Assembly: GCA_947625395.1 (NCBI GenBank)
Contig: CANQOD010000001.1
Coordinates: 1 to 39,009, forward strand
Source: an uncultured Bacilli bacterium
GTDB lineage: Bacteria; Bacillota_I; Bacilli_A; RF39; UBA660
Direction: 5' to 3'
DNA length: 39,009 nt
Shown here: positions 1 through 9,930 of the stretch, one piece after another
Layout: the number at the start of each line of letters is the position of its first letter
Position numbering within the stretch: the first letter of the stretch is position 1
Program-made: the position numbers and the translations under genes
Notes under the pieces: generated by a model
What the model was told of the DNA's origin: nothing
Seen by the model: the letters and a program-made list of their open reading frames with translations, nothing else
The model's database searches: none

Positions 1-2
1 CG

Positions 3-392
3 TATTTGAACTATATTATTTTTGGGTATTATGTTCCTTATAGTTTAATGTTCGATAGGCATTATATTGCTTTTCGCTTACGTCAACCAAGTAACAAGGA
101 GATTTATGCATATCACTTAAAATATTTGCTTCAAAAAAGCCATTTAACGATGAAGATTTTTAAAGTTCAAGGACGAGAAAGATTATGTGAGATTCTCAAA
201 CAAGCCCATGGTATGACGAGTGATGAAGCGAATGCGTTCCTTGATGAGTATGTTTATTTAGAAGATGTCATTCGTGAACTCACGCATCAAGTGAATTTAC
301 GAGAAGCAAAATACCAAGAAGTTGTTAATAGTCGCTCTTGGAAAGTCACAAAGCCTTTAAGAGATTTGAAAAAATGGAAACAAAAATTTTAG
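3..392 (+). CDS. 3' end of a CDS that starts upstream of the window; unknown glycan-locus protein with a charged, coiled-coil-like tail
   Basis: The frame is open from the window edge, with no stop before the TTG at 6, to TAG at 390-392. The tail reads ...LREAKYQEVVNSRSWKVTKPLRDLKKWKQKF. I recall S-W-[KR]-x-T-x-P-L-R tails from polysaccharide-assembly proteins, but this is unverified recollection. Confidence 0.5.
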   Translation, partial: YLNYIIFGYYVPYSLMFDRHYIAFRLRQPSNKEIYAYHLKYLLQKSHLTMKIFKVQGRERLCEILKQAHGMTSDEANAFLDEYVYLEDVIRELTHQVNLREAKYQEVVNSRSWKVTKPLRDLKKWKQKF

Positions 393-405
393 TTGACACT
401 CCTAT

Positions 406-435
406 TTTACAAATGCGTTTGTATCATGTTATAAT
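406..435 (+). promoter_or_regulatory. Sigma-A type promoter for the glycosyltransferase operon
   Basis: -35 TTTACA (406-411), 18-nt spacer, extended -10 TGtTATAAT (427-435). SD TAGGAGGG (449-456) precedes the ATG at 461. Confidence 0.6.
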
Positions 436-460
436 GAAAAATAGATACTAGGAGGGCTTT

Positions 461-1312
461 ATGAAAATATGCGGTATGGTTGTTCTTTTTCATGCGACCG
501 AGAAAGTATTACAAAATATCAATACTTATCTTCCATTTTTAGAAAGATTATATATCATTGATAACAGTCAAGAAGAAAACCCTCTTTTTTCCCATCTTCC
601 TAAAGTGAAGTATCAAATCAACCACGAAAATAAAGGCATCGCGACAGCCTTAAATCAAGGAGTGGCACTGGCTCAAAAAGATGGCTTTACGCATCTTTTA
701 ACCATGGACCAAGATAGTTATTTTCAAGGAAATGATTTTCAAAAGATGCTCCAGCTAGTAGAACAAAGACAAGAGATGGATGTCGGTATTTATAGTCCTC
801 TTCATCAGACAGAAAGTACCAAAATGAATCAGGCAATAGAAAAGGAAACGGAAGTGGTGATGACCTCTGGGAATCTCCTTGATTTAGCCATCTGTCAAAA
901 ACTAGGAGGCTTTAAAGATTGGCTTTTTATTGATGGTGTGGACCATGAATATTGTCTTCATCTTCGAAAAGAGGGCTATCGCATCAAGGTACTAAAAGAA
1001 ATTGTGCTTGTCCATTCACTCGGAAATGTTCAAGAGAAAGTCTTTTTAGGTCACCACTTTACCTTGACCAATCATTCCCCAATCCGCCGTTATTTTATTA
1101 CGAGAAATCGCTATTATATTGCCTCTCTTTATCAAGATACCTTTCCCAAATTTTGCCAACGAGAGCGTGCAAATCAACGGAAAGAAATTCTCAAAATTCT
1201 ATTGTTTGAAAAAGAAAAAATCGCTAAATTAAAGGCAATTTTACGAGGAAAACGGGACTTCAAGAAAAACAAAAAGGGAATCCCTCGAGATTTAAAGGAG
1301 AAATTGCAATGA
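461..1312 (+). CDS. Family 2 glycosyltransferase (rhamnosyltransferase-like subfamily)
   Basis: 283 aa with a strong SD. GT-A signatures are present: GMVVLFHA...LYIIDNS, NKGIATALNQG and TMDQDS (DxD-like). The stop overlaps the next start (ATGA at 1309-1312). Confidence 0.8.
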   Translation: MKICGMVVLFHATEKVLQNINTYLPFLERLYIIDNSQEENPLFSHLPKVKYQINHENKGIATALNQGVALAQKDGFTHLLTMDQDSYFQGNDFQKMLQLVEQRQEMDVGIYSPLHQTESTKMNQAIEKETEVVMTSGNLLDLAICQKLGGFKDWLFIDGVDHEYCLHLRKEGYRIKVLKEIVLVHSLGNVQEKVFLGHHFTLTNHSPIRRYFITRNRYYIASLYQDTFPKFCQRERANQRKEILKILLFEKEKIAKLKAILRGKRDFKKNKKGIPRDLKEKLQ

Positions 1313-3354
1313 AACATTACCATATTGATACCTATTTTTTTGATATTCAAAAGAAAATACTTTACATTAGAGGTTGGCTTTTTTTAAACGATTGCGAGAT
1401 TGTGATTACGATTGACCGACAAGAAATTTTAAGAGAAAAGCCCAATCAATACCGTTATGATATCTGTCAAAAATATAGTGATAAAAAAGATAAAACAAAT
1501 TATGGCTTTGAGTATGAGCTTCCTTTAGAAAAGGAATATAAGCACATTCAAATTCAGGCAGAAGCCAATCATCATCGGTATACCTTATTCAAAACAACTG
1601 TACCGACAACGATGCTTGAGAAGAAATGGGTGCAAGTCAAGCATCTCATCAAAAAAGGTTGCCGCTTAGTTTGGAAAAAAAATATTCGTCTTTTAAATCC
1701 ATTTTTAATTAAGAGTTACATTGACCAAGCAAGAGAAAATCAATCTTATCAAGAAGCAAAAAAGTACTATGTGAATCCCAATAATTCATTTCAATATCGG
1801 GCCTGGGCCATGGAAAAAGAAAAAAGAGAACAGCAGGTTCATGAACCCTTTTCTTATCAGCCTCTCATTTCCATCGTTGTCCCTGTTTACAATGTGGATA
1901 TTCCTTATTTGAAAGCTTGTATTGATTCTGTTTTAGCACAAACGTATCCACATTTTGAACTCTGTCTTGCGGATGATTGCTCGACAATGGAGGAAATTCA
2001 TTCCGTTCTTGAAGATTATCAAAAGAAAGATGAACGAATTAAAGTGCTTTATCGAAAAGAGAATGGCCACATTTCCAAGGCCAGTAATTCAGCGCTTTCC
2101 ATTGCGACGGGGGAATTTATCTCTCTCCTTGATAATGATGATGTTCTCACCACCAATGCGTTAGAAGAAGTGGTTCGCGCATTGAATCAAAATCCAAAAT
2201 ATGATTTGATTTATAGTGATGAAGATAAATTAGATATGGATAATCATTTGTGTTTTCCAACCTATAAACCGGATTGGTCCCGGGATTTATTCTTATGTCA
2301 TAACTATCTTTGTCACTTCACTACCATTCGCAAAAAACAAATTGACCGAATCAAAGGCTTTCGAGCTGGCTTTGAGGGTGCCCAAGATTATGATTTGTTT
2401 TTAAGAGTGATTGCCAATATCAAAGAAAAAAATATCTATCATATTCCTAAAATTTTATACCATTGGCGGATGATTGATGGGTCTACAGCAGCAGTGATGA
2501 GCAATAAAAACTACGCCTTTGAACGAGGAAGAAAAGCTCTTGAAGAGTATTTGAAAAACGAAAAAATTGCTTGTAAAGTAGAACGGGTAAAAGATTTCCC
2601 TTATTACAAGCCGAATTATAAAATCTCAAAAGCAACCAAAATCACTTTTATCGTGGAGGGAACTTTAAAAGAAGTGAAAAAGTGTTGTAAGACGATTCGA
2701 AAATATCATGAACTTCCAAAATATGAAATTTTAACGTCCCAAGAGGGAACTTTTGATGAATTGGTCAAGAAAGCGCAAGGAAAAGTGATTCTTTACCTCC
2801 AAGCGAAAGTCTTATTAAGCAAAACCTCTTCTGTTTCTAGTTTAGTCAAATATGCTTGTCAAAAGCATGTAGGAATTGTTGCACCAACACTTGATAGGAT
2901 AGGCAGCTATCAAAGAACAAGTGGGGTTGTTTTGATGGAAAATCATTACGAACCTGTGATTTATTCTCGTAGACATCGTTCCACTTTTGTAGAACCTAAG
3001 TTAATTATTCCGCATAATTATTTAGTCCCAAGTACTAAAATGATGGTTTTTGAAAAAGAAAAATATATACAAGTTTGTGGGAAGATGAAAATGAACGCCT
3101 TTCCAACTGTGCTCGAACGCATTCAAATTTGTTTAAAATTTTATCAAAAAGGGTATTTTAACCTTGGAGATGCTTCTAATATTTTTCTTTACCAAGGGGA
3201 ACTAGAAGAACAATATGAGCAACAAGAATATCGAAAATTACACATTGAAAGAGATCCGTTTTACAATCCAAATTTGAGTCAAAAATACTTATATCAGCTC
3301 GATTTATGGAAAGAGGAGGACGAAGATGCTACAAAAAATGAAACAAGTGGCTAA
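1309..3354 (+). CDS. Multidomain glycosyltransferase: N-terminal unknown domain, central GT2 domain, C-terminal degenerate GT-A-like region
   Basis: 681 aa. The central block reads ISIVVPVYNVDIPYLKACIDSVLAQTYPHFELCLADDCS ... SLLDNDDV (DxD). It is translationally coupled to the upstream gene. Confidence 0.8.
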   Translation: MKHYHIDTYFFDIQKKILYIRGWLFLNDCEIVITIDRQEILREKPNQYRYDICQKYSDKKDKTNYGFEYELPLEKEYKHIQIQAEANHHRYTLFKTTVPTTMLEKKWVQVKHLIKKGCRLVWKKNIRLLNPFLIKSYIDQARENQSYQEAKKYYVNPNNSFQYRAWAMEKEKREQQVHEPFSYQPLISIVVPVYNVDIPYLKACIDSVLAQTYPHFELCLADDCSTMEEIHSVLEDYQKKDERIKVLYRKENGHISKASNSALSIATGEFISLLDNDDVLTTNALEEVVRALNQNPKYDLIYSDEDKLDMDNHLCFPTYKPDWSRDLFLCHNYLCHFTTIRKKQIDRIKGFRAGFEGAQDYDLFLRVIANIKEKNIYHIPKILYHWRMIDGSTAAVMSNKNYAFERGRKALEEYLKNEKIACKVERVKDFPYYKPNYKISKATKITFIVEGTLKEVKKCCKTIRKYHELPKYEILTSQEGTFDELVKKAQGKVILYLQAKVLLSKTSSVSSLVKYACQKHVGIVAPTLDRIGSYQRTSGVVLMENHYEPVIYSRRHRSTFVEPKLIIPHNYLVPSTKMMVFEKEKYIQVCGKMKMNAFPTVLERIQICLKFYQKGYFNLGDASNIFLYQGELEEQYEQQEYRKLHIERDPFYNPNLSQKYLYQLDLWKEEDEDATKNETSG

Positions 3355-4528
3355 AAAATCAAAAACACTTTCGACGCTTTATCGGAAAATAAAAAAAAGA
3401 GAAAAGCTCGAAGATGTTATAGGAATTGTTTCTAACCGCTATCCAACACCAACAGGGAAAAAAATCATTTTAATTGGTCATAGTGGGGGACAGGGTGGTG
3501 CTGAAATTCTTTTAAAGAACATGATTGGAGAATTTTTAAAACAGCAACAGGAAGTGACAGTTTTGGTGCGCGGATTTGGTCCTATGATTGAAGAATACCA
3601 AAAACTGGCTCCGACTTTTGTCATAGACTCCCAAGAAAAAACAGCCTATGCGCTTACTGCTTTAAAGCAGCTTGGCTATCACAGTGCGATTTTAAATACG
3701 ACGGTCAATGGAGATTTGATTCCGCTTTTAAAAGAGAAAAATATCAAAACGATTCAGTTGATTCATGAACTTCCAGGTGTCATTCATCAGCTGGGCTTAG
3801 AAGAACGGGCTCAAATCATTGGAGAACAGGCAGATTTAGTCATTTTCCCCGCCCGATATGTCTATGAACAATTTCAAACCATTGCTCCTGTAAAAACAAA
3901 GTATCAAATTTTGCCACAAGGACTTTACATGGTGTATGACAAATGGAACCGGACCAAAGCAACACAAGTTTTAAATGAAAAATGGCAGATTCCAAAAACG
4001 GATTTTTTGGTCCTAAATGTTGGATTGGGCGAAAAAAGAAAGGGCTTGGATTTATTTGTTCAGGTTGCTTCTGCTTTCCAAGACGAAAAAGAGATTTCTT
4101 TTGTATGGTTAGGTGCCGTCAATGAAGCATTCAAAAAAGAATTAGAACCGCAAATCAAGCCACTTTCCAATCTTTATTTTCCAGGCTATATCAGTGAAAA
4201 AGAAGTGACCATGCTCTTTTTTGACCGCTGCGACTTGTTTCTGTTGACTTCTAGAGAAGATCCTTTTCCCTCAGTTGTCTTAGAAGCTTTTAATGCCAGC
4301 AAGCCAGTGATTGGTTTTGAAAATGCGGGTGGTTTTCAAGAAATTGTCCAAAATGAGAAGAGTGGTTATCTAGTGCCTTTTGAAGATACCAAGGCCATGG
4401 TTGACAAGATTCGAATGCTCAAAGAAAATCGTGAAATGTTAAAAAAACTTGGCAAGGGTGCAAAGAAAATTTGTGAAAAGCATCGCTTTTCTCAGTATGT
4501 AACAACGTTAATTCAAACATGTAAATAG
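3326..4528 (+). CDS. GT-B fold glycosyltransferase (GT4/GT1-like)
   Basis: 400 aa. SD GAGGAGG at 3312-3318 lies 7 nt before the ATG at 3326, and the gene overlaps the upstream gene by 29 nt. The C-terminal signature LLTSREDPFPSVVLEAFNASKPVIGFENAGGFQEIV resembles the EX7E region of retaining GT-B enzymes. Confidence 0.8.
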   Translation: MLQKMKQVAKKSKTLSTLYRKIKKREKLEDVIGIVSNRYPTPTGKKIILIGHSGGQGGAEILLKNMIGEFLKQQQEVTVLVRGFGPMIEEYQKLAPTFVIDSQEKTAYALTALKQLGYHSAILNTTVNGDLIPLLKEKNIKTIQLIHELPGVIHQLGLEERAQIIGEQADLVIFPARYVYEQFQTIAPVKTKYQILPQGLYMVYDKWNRTKATQVLNEKWQIPKTDFLVLNVGLGEKRKGLDLFVQVASAFQDEKEISFVWLGAVNEAFKKELEPQIKPLSNLYFPGYISEKEVTMLFFDRCDLFLLTSREDPFPSVVLEAFNASKPVIGFENAGGFQEIVQNEKSGYLVPFEDTKAMVDKIRMLKENREMLKKLGKGAKKICEKHRFSQYVTTLIQTCK

Positions 4529-4538
4529 AGGTGATAAA

Positions 4539-5366
4539 ATGGAAAATACCCTAAAAGTGAGTGTGATTATTCCCAATTATAATTATGCAAAATACTTAAA
4601 AAAAAGAGTGAAACAAATTGAAAAACAAACGTATCCCATTTGGGAATTAATTGTCCTCGATGATTGTTCGACGGACCAAAGCCGGAAAGTCATTGAAAAA
4701 TTAGCAAAAAAATATCCGATGAAAGTCCTTTATAATGAGAAAAATAGTGGTTCTGTTTTTCAGCAATGGCAAAAGGGAATTGAGAACGCAACGGGAGATT
4801 TAATTTGGATTGCAGAGGCAGATGACGAAGTCGATTGCCATTTTTTAGCTTCTTTAGTGCCAAAATTTGAAGATAAAGATTTGGTCATGGCCTATTCTGA
4901 TTCAATGCAGATAAACGAACGTGGTAGAGTCATTCGGAAAACGTATCGTGATTTAGCGGATGAGCGCCATGATGGACGCTATCAACAAGACTATGTCAAT
5001 GATGGTATCCAAGAATTGACAGAATATCTCATCGTTAAAAATTACATTTATAATGCGTCAGGAGTCGTGTTTCGAAAAGGAGATTATGCTCCAATTTTAG
5101 CAGAATGTACCAAGTTTCATCTCGCAGGAGATTGGTATTTTTATACAGAACTCTTAAAAAGAGGGAAGATTGCTTATGTTGCAAAGCCTCTGAATCGTCA
5201 TCGTATTCACACCAATAGTGTTACTAAAACGACCAAGAAGCAACTGCATTATGAGGAAGTCACTCGCATTCAAAATCAAATCAAAAAAGCGTATCCAATT
5301 TCCAAAGAAGTATGGCAACAAGTTGAGGAACAACGAAAGAAACTAAAGGAAGTCCTTGGATTATAG
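4539..5366 (+). CDS. Family 2 glycosyltransferase
   Basis: 275 aa with SD GAGGTGA. Motifs are VSVIIPNYNYAKYLKKRVKQIEKQTYPIWELIVLDDCSTDQS and AEADDE (DxD-like). Confidence 0.85.
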   Translation: MENTLKVSVIIPNYNYAKYLKKRVKQIEKQTYPIWELIVLDDCSTDQSRKVIEKLAKKYPMKVLYNEKNSGSVFQQWQKGIENATGDLIWIAEADDEVDCHFLASLVPKFEDKDLVMAYSDSMQINERGRVIRKTYRDLADERHDGRYQQDYVNDGIQELTEYLIVKNYIYNASGVVFRKGDYAPILAECTKFHLAGDWYFYTELLKRGKIAYVAKPLNRHRIHTNSVTKTTKKQLHYEEVTRIQNQIKKAYPISKEVWQQVEEQRKKLKEVLGL

Positions 5367-5385
5367 GGCCTCTTTCTAAAATTTT

Positions 5386-5414
5386 TTGATTGGAAAGAGA
5401 ATGTATGATATAAT
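5386..5414 (+). promoter_or_regulatory. Sigma-A type promoter for the ABC exporter / large membrane protein operon
   Basis: -35 TTGATT (5386-5391), 17-nt spacer, extended -10 TGaTATAAT (5406-5414). SD GAGGTG precedes the ATG at 5466. Confidence 0.6.
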
Positions 5415-5465
5415 CAAAACGGGAAACAAGATTATTGAAAGAAAAAAGGAAAATAGAGGTGTCAC

Positions 5466-6212
5466 ATGAAAAAACAAAAAGAAAACTTGCCAGCGATTAA
5501 AGTATCCCATGTAACCAAAACATTTAATGTCTATTATGATAAAGCCAATACTTTAAAAGAACGCATCATCTTTTTGAATCGAAATCAAAAAGAAGTGCGA
5601 AAAGTCCTTAAAGATATTGATTTGGAAATTCAAAAAGGGGAAACAGTGGCGTTAATTGGTGTCAATGGAAGTGGAAAGTCTACCTTATTAAAATTAATGA
5701 CAAAAATTATCTATCCAAACAGTGGAACCATTAAAATTAATGGTAAATTGACTTCCTTACTTGAATTGGGAGCTGGTTTTCATCCGGATTTTTCAGGAAG
5801 AGAAAACATTTATTTTAATGCTTCTATTTTTGGATTGACGAAAACACAAATCGACCAACGTTTAGATGATATTATTGCTTTTTCTGAGTTGGGAGATTTT
5901 ATCGACAATCCAATTCGAACATATTCCTCAGGAATGTATATGCGTCTTGCGTTTGCAGTGGCCATCAATGTGGATGCAGATATTCTCTTAATTGATGAAG
6001 TCTTAGCGGTTGGTGACCAACATTTTCAAGAGAAATGCTTAAAGAAAATGAAAGAGTTAAAAAAAGAGGGCAAGACGATGGTGTTTGTCAGTCATTCCAT
6101 GGAATCTGTCAAATTTTTATGTGATAGGGCTGTTTGGCTTTACAATGGCCAAATTCGTGAAGATGGTCCGACAGAACAAGTAGTCAAAGATTATCTAAAG
6201 GAATGTTCGTAA
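5466..6212 (+). CDS. Polysaccharide/teichoic-acid type ABC exporter, ATP-binding subunit (TagH/Wzt-like, short form without C-terminal carbohydrate-binding domain)
   Basis: 248 aa. Walker A GVNGSGKST, ABC signature YSSGMYMRLAFA, Walker B ILLIDEVLAVGD, H-loop VSHS. Confidence 0.9.
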   Translation: MKKQKENLPAIKVSHVTKTFNVYYDKANTLKERIIFLNRNQKEVRKVLKDIDLEIQKGETVALIGVNGSGKSTLLKLMTKIIYPNSGTIKINGKLTSLLELGAGFHPDFSGRENIYFNASIFGLTKTQIDQRLDDIIAFSELGDFIDNPIRTYSSGMYMRLAFAVAINVDADILLIDEVLAVGDQHFQEKCLKKMKELKKEGKTMVFVSHSMESVKFLCDRAVWLYNGQIREDGPTEQVVKDYLKECS

Positions 6213-6220
6213 GAGGTGAA

Positions 6221-6997
6221 ATGATGAAATTAGTACAAGAGTTATATCAATATAGAGAATTTTTAAAAACATCTATTCGCAAAGAATTTAGAGGAAAATA
6301 TAAGAAATCATTTTTAGGAGTGCTTTGGTCTTTTATTAATCCCTTGTTACAACTCCTTGTTTATGCCCTTGTTTTTCCTTTTATCATGCGGGTTCAAGTC
6401 GAAAATTATACGATGTTTTTGATTGTAGCTTTAATTCCTTGGACTTTTTTCAATAGTACCGTTTGTCAAAGTACATCTACGATTATTGCTTCTTCTGGGA
6501 TTATTAAAAAAGTGTATTTTCCAAGAGCGATTTTGCCAATTTCAAACGTGACGAGCAATTTCTTAAACTTTTTAATTTCCTGCATCATTATTGTCGTTGC
6601 CTTATTGATTAGTGGGATTGGCATTGGCGCAAGTATTGTCTTTTTACCACTTGTGATGTTCTTACAGTATGTCTTTTCATTGGCCATTTCTTTCATTTTG
6701 TCTTCCATAACGGTCTATATTCGCGATTTGGAATATTTTGTCAATGTTTTGATGATGTTATGGTTCTACTTGACGCCAATTGTCTATGAAGTGAGTATGA
6801 TTCCGGAAAGATTTAGAAATATTTTGAATCTCAATCCAATGGTGCATATTATTACTGCTTATCGGGATATTCTATATTACCAAAAAGCACCGGATTTAAC
6901 CGCTTTGGGAATTCTATTTTTAATTTGCTTCTTTCTTCTTTGGATTGGTTACCATATTTTCCATAAATGTGAGAAGCGTTTTGCAGAAGAATTATAG
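6221..6997 (+). CDS. ABC-2 type exporter permease (TagG/Wzm-like)
   Basis: Contains about six TM segments and an N-terminal amphipathic region YQYREFLKTSIRKEFRGKYKKSFLGVLWSFINPL typical of ABC-2 permeases. The start is chosen at ATG 6221 (or 6224) after SD AGAGG at 6212-6216; the track start 6203 has no spacing to any SD. Confidence 0.85.
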   Translation: MMKLVQELYQYREFLKTSIRKEFRGKYKKSFLGVLWSFINPLLQLLVYALVFPFIMRVQVENYTMFLIVALIPWTFFNSTVCQSTSTIIASSGIIKKVYFPRAILPISNVTSNFLNFLISCIIIVVALLISGIGIGASIVFLPLVMFLQYVFSLAISFILSSITVYIRDLEYFVNVLMMLWFYLTPIVYEVSMIPERFRNILNLNPMVHIITAYRDILYYQKAPDLTALGILFLICFFLLWIGYHIFHKCEKRFAEEL

Positions 6998-7014
6998 TTG
7001 AAATGGGGGATAGA

Positions 7015-9921
7015 ATGAAAGATTTTGTGCATGCGAAAAAATTGCGAATTTTATGTTTATTGCTATTAGGAGGATGCATTGCTTTTTGCTGTTGTTTTTT
7101 CTTTTTGAGTCAAAATCCGGAAACATTTCATGATATGATTGTTGAATTTGTTGCTTACACAAAGACAAATAAATCCGTGGAAATCAACTGCTTTTGGTTC
7201 GTGACAGGAGTGGGCGTTCTTCTTTTAGTACTTGATTTTCTAAGAGATTTGTATCGGAAGAAAAAAGAAGAAAAGGAGAAAGTAGTGACGCCTTTTTTTG
7301 CTGTTGTGGTAACGATGATAACGGTGTTAGTGGGACATTACATCTTTACGATGACAACGCTTCCATTTGTGTTACTTGCTTTATGTTTGCTACTCCTTGC
7401 CCATAAGTGCATTCCTGGCAAAGAAGCGCATACACTGGTTGCTTTTTGTTTTCTTTTTTATGCTTTCTATGGTGTCTTTGTTTTCATCAATCATTTTGTT
7501 GAAGTTGCTGTTCAAAAAGAGTTGCTTTTCATTGCTTCTTTTTTAGTTACATTATGGTGTGTTTGTAAAGAAGAGAAAAAGGATATTTTAAGAAAACTCA
7601 TTTTAGTTGCCCAAATTCCGATTTCTTTGCCATTTCTTAATTTTCTTGTCGACAAGTATCTTTATCAAGGCAAGATGATGACACTTCCTCAGCCTTTCTT
7701 TGCTGCCCTTGTTTTTTGGAGTATACTCCTTGGGGTGATGGTCTTTAATCTCGTTCACTTGTTCCGTACTTGGAAAAAGAAAGATGCAACTTTAGACCAG
7801 CTTATCGCACTTCCATCCATTTTGACTATTTTTATGCTCAATTCTATTCAGGGAACGATTTATGGTACCGCAAATCTGATTACGATTCCTGATTATCATC
7901 ATCCAGGAGAAAATATTCAAGCGTTCCATCAGATATTTTTAAAAGGACAAACGCCGTATCAAACTTATATTCCTGTTTCAGGACTCTTTTCTGTCGTTAT
8001 CGGTTTTCTCTTGGAGCTCTGTGGAGGGGTGATGACGCATTATAAAAGCGCACTTGTTCTATTTGAATTGTTTTTCTCATTGATTACCATTTGGCTTGTA
8101 AGCCGACATCTTTCTAAAACAGAGAGCCTTTTGTTCTCGATGCTTGTCTTACTTGTCAGTTATAATCGCATCAGTCTTATCATGGCCATTCTTTTGATTC
8201 TGTTGTTCCCTCGACTGATTGCCAATAAGAATTGTTGGTTAAAAGTTTGGTTATGGCTCTGCTTTTTAGGAGGACTTTATTATCCGCTCTATGGCGCCGC
8301 AGTTTTATTAGGAACGCTTCCTTTTGGCATTGGCCAGTTCATTGGTTATTTAAAGTCTACAGATTTTAAAAAGCAACGCAAGCAAGTTTCCTTTTATGTT
8401 TGGTGGGGAGTTACATTGCTTCCGATTGTCCTTTGTATTCCCTTGCTCATTCGCATGTTAAAGCATACCATGACCTATTCTGGTCAATCGCTTTTAGCAG
8501 ACAGTATTTCTGTCTTTACGCAAGAATTGCCTGAGGGATTCTTACAAATTTTAGGACCAGGCAAATTGCTTGCTCAATTGTGCTATTGGTGTCTTCGTTA
8601 TGTCATTCCGGCTGGTGCGATATGGTTATTTACGTTGCTGTTATTAGGCTTGTTCTCTTCTTGTAAGAGTAAAAAAGATGTTTGGCAAAAAATCCAAACA
8701 CCAGCATTCTTATTACTCCCCGCAGGTCTATTCATTTTAGCAGTTTCTTATACGTTTACATTGATGCGGGCAGATTATCAGATGCTGTTATCACGAACAG
8801 GCAATATTATCACCATTGTCTGTGGGATGATTTATCTCATTATTGTCTTTAAAAACTATCAGAAAAGTTTATTTTATCCGATTACCTTTGGCGTTGTTTT
8901 AAGTATTTTAATCCAACTTGGTTCGTCACCGCTGACAATGGAAAAATATCAACTTGTTCATCATTACAATGTTCCAAGTGACTATACTTATGTAGAAGAG
9001 GGGGATTTACCAAGAATTGGAACTGGTTTTGTTTCTACAAAAGTATCTTATTTAACTTCGAAAGATGGGGAAGAATATACCATCGAAAATATGAAGCAAT
9101 TACACGATACTGCCCAAAAATTATTGCAGTATGACCCTGATTTAAGTTTTGTTCTTTATGGGCCACTTGCCCTTTATTATATTTTAGATTTGAAAACAGT
9201 TTCGCAACCCTCCATTGCCGCAATCAAATCGAAAAAAACATCAGAGGAATTTATTGAAGTGGTGAAACGGGAAAAGCCTGTGATTGGAAGATATCTTGCC
9301 GATACGCTTGCCAATTATTATATTTATCATTATTTAATGACGACCGATGATTATCAATATTCGAGTGAATATGATGTCTTCTTACCAACGGAATTGTATC
9401 AAAAGATTGATGGACAAAAAGAGGGAGAATGGAAGTGTGCCTCTCAGATAAAAACGAATGATTTAGGAAAAGCACCTGCTTCTTTAGGAGAATCTTATCA
9501 AACATTGAAGAAAAATTTTAAAGAAGTGAAGATGCAATATCAAGTCAAGACAAATCGGGATGAAAAAACAGCATCTTATACGTATCAATTTACCACTCCT
9601 ATTCAAAAAGATGAGGTCGATTTTCTCTATCTAGAAGTGGATACGAATCGAGATTTTTACAATGAAAAATCGCTGCGCAATCGTTTACAAATTGACCTGA
9701 CCAATATGGACATTCCAGTGACTGTTTCCTGGGGTGGAGAAGAAAAAATAACGGCGCTATTGAGTCGTGGACGCCTCCTCATTGGCTTAGGAGTTGATTG
9801 TGACTGGTTACTTCAAAGTCATTCATCCTTACAAATTCAAATCGAGGGAATAGAACCACAATATCAAGTGGCGATAAAGAAAATGCAATTTTTGAAATTA
9901 AAAGAAGCAAAAGGGAAATAA
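7015..9921 (+). CDS. Large polytopic membrane protein with ~320-aa C-terminal non-membrane domain, paralog A (unknown family; possibly GT-C-like)
   Basis: 968 aa counted from the M at 7015, which aligns with the paralog B start MKxFVHxKK. It has many hydrophobic helices through roughly residue 640, then a hydrophilic C-terminal domain. It starts within ~20 nt of the permease stop. It is collinear with 9931-12810. Confidence 0.8.
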   Translation: MKDFVHAKKLRILCLLLLGGCIAFCCCFFFLSQNPETFHDMIVEFVAYTKTNKSVEINCFWFVTGVGVLLLVLDFLRDLYRKKKEEKEKVVTPFFAVVVTMITVLVGHYIFTMTTLPFVLLALCLLLLAHKCIPGKEAHTLVAFCFLFYAFYGVFVFINHFVEVAVQKELLFIASFLVTLWCVCKEEKKDILRKLILVAQIPISLPFLNFLVDKYLYQGKMMTLPQPFFAALVFWSILLGVMVFNLVHLFRTWKKKDATLDQLIALPSILTIFMLNSIQGTIYGTANLITIPDYHHPGENIQAFHQIFLKGQTPYQTYIPVSGLFSVVIGFLLELCGGVMTHYKSALVLFELFFSLITIWLVSRHLSKTESLLFSMLVLLVSYNRISLIMAILLILLFPRLIANKNCWLKVWLWLCFLGGLYYPLYGAAVLLGTLPFGIGQFIGYLKSTDFKKQRKQVSFYVWWGVTLLPIVLCIPLLIRMLKHTMTYSGQSLLADSISVFTQELPEGFLQILGPGKLLAQLCYWCLRYVIPAGAIWLFTLLLLGLFSSCKSKKDVWQKIQTPAFLLLPAGLFILAVSYTFTLMRADYQMLLSRTGNIITIVCGMIYLIIVFKNYQKSLFYPITFGVVLSILIQLGSSPLTMEKYQLVHHYNVPSDYTYVEEGDLPRIGTGFVSTKVSYLTSKDGEEYTIENMKQLHDTAQKLLQYDPDLSFVLYGPLALYYILDLKTVSQPSIAAIKSKKTSEEFIEVVKREKPVIGRYLADTLANYYIYHYLMTTDDYQYSSEYDVFLPTELYQKIDGQKEGEWKCASQIKTNDLGKAPASLGESYQTLKKNFKEVKMQYQVKTNRDEKTASYTYQFTTPIQKDEVDFLYLEVDTNRDFYNEKSLRNRLQIDLTNMDIPVTVSWGGEEKITALLSRGRLLIGLGVDCDWLLQSHSSLQIQIEGIEPQYQVAIKKMQFLKLKEAKGK

Positions 9922-9930
9922 GGAGGCCTT

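Noticed and set aside
393-398. Perfect TTGACA hexamer just after the first stop codon
   Set aside because: It is 31 nt from the TATAAT at 430-435, too far for a -35. TTTACA at 406-411 with an 18-nt spacer fits instead.
3391-3398. A8 run early in the GT-B gene, and other A/T runs, as phase-variation tracts
   Set aside because: A/T runs of this length are expected by composition in an AT-rich genome, unlike the two G9 runs.
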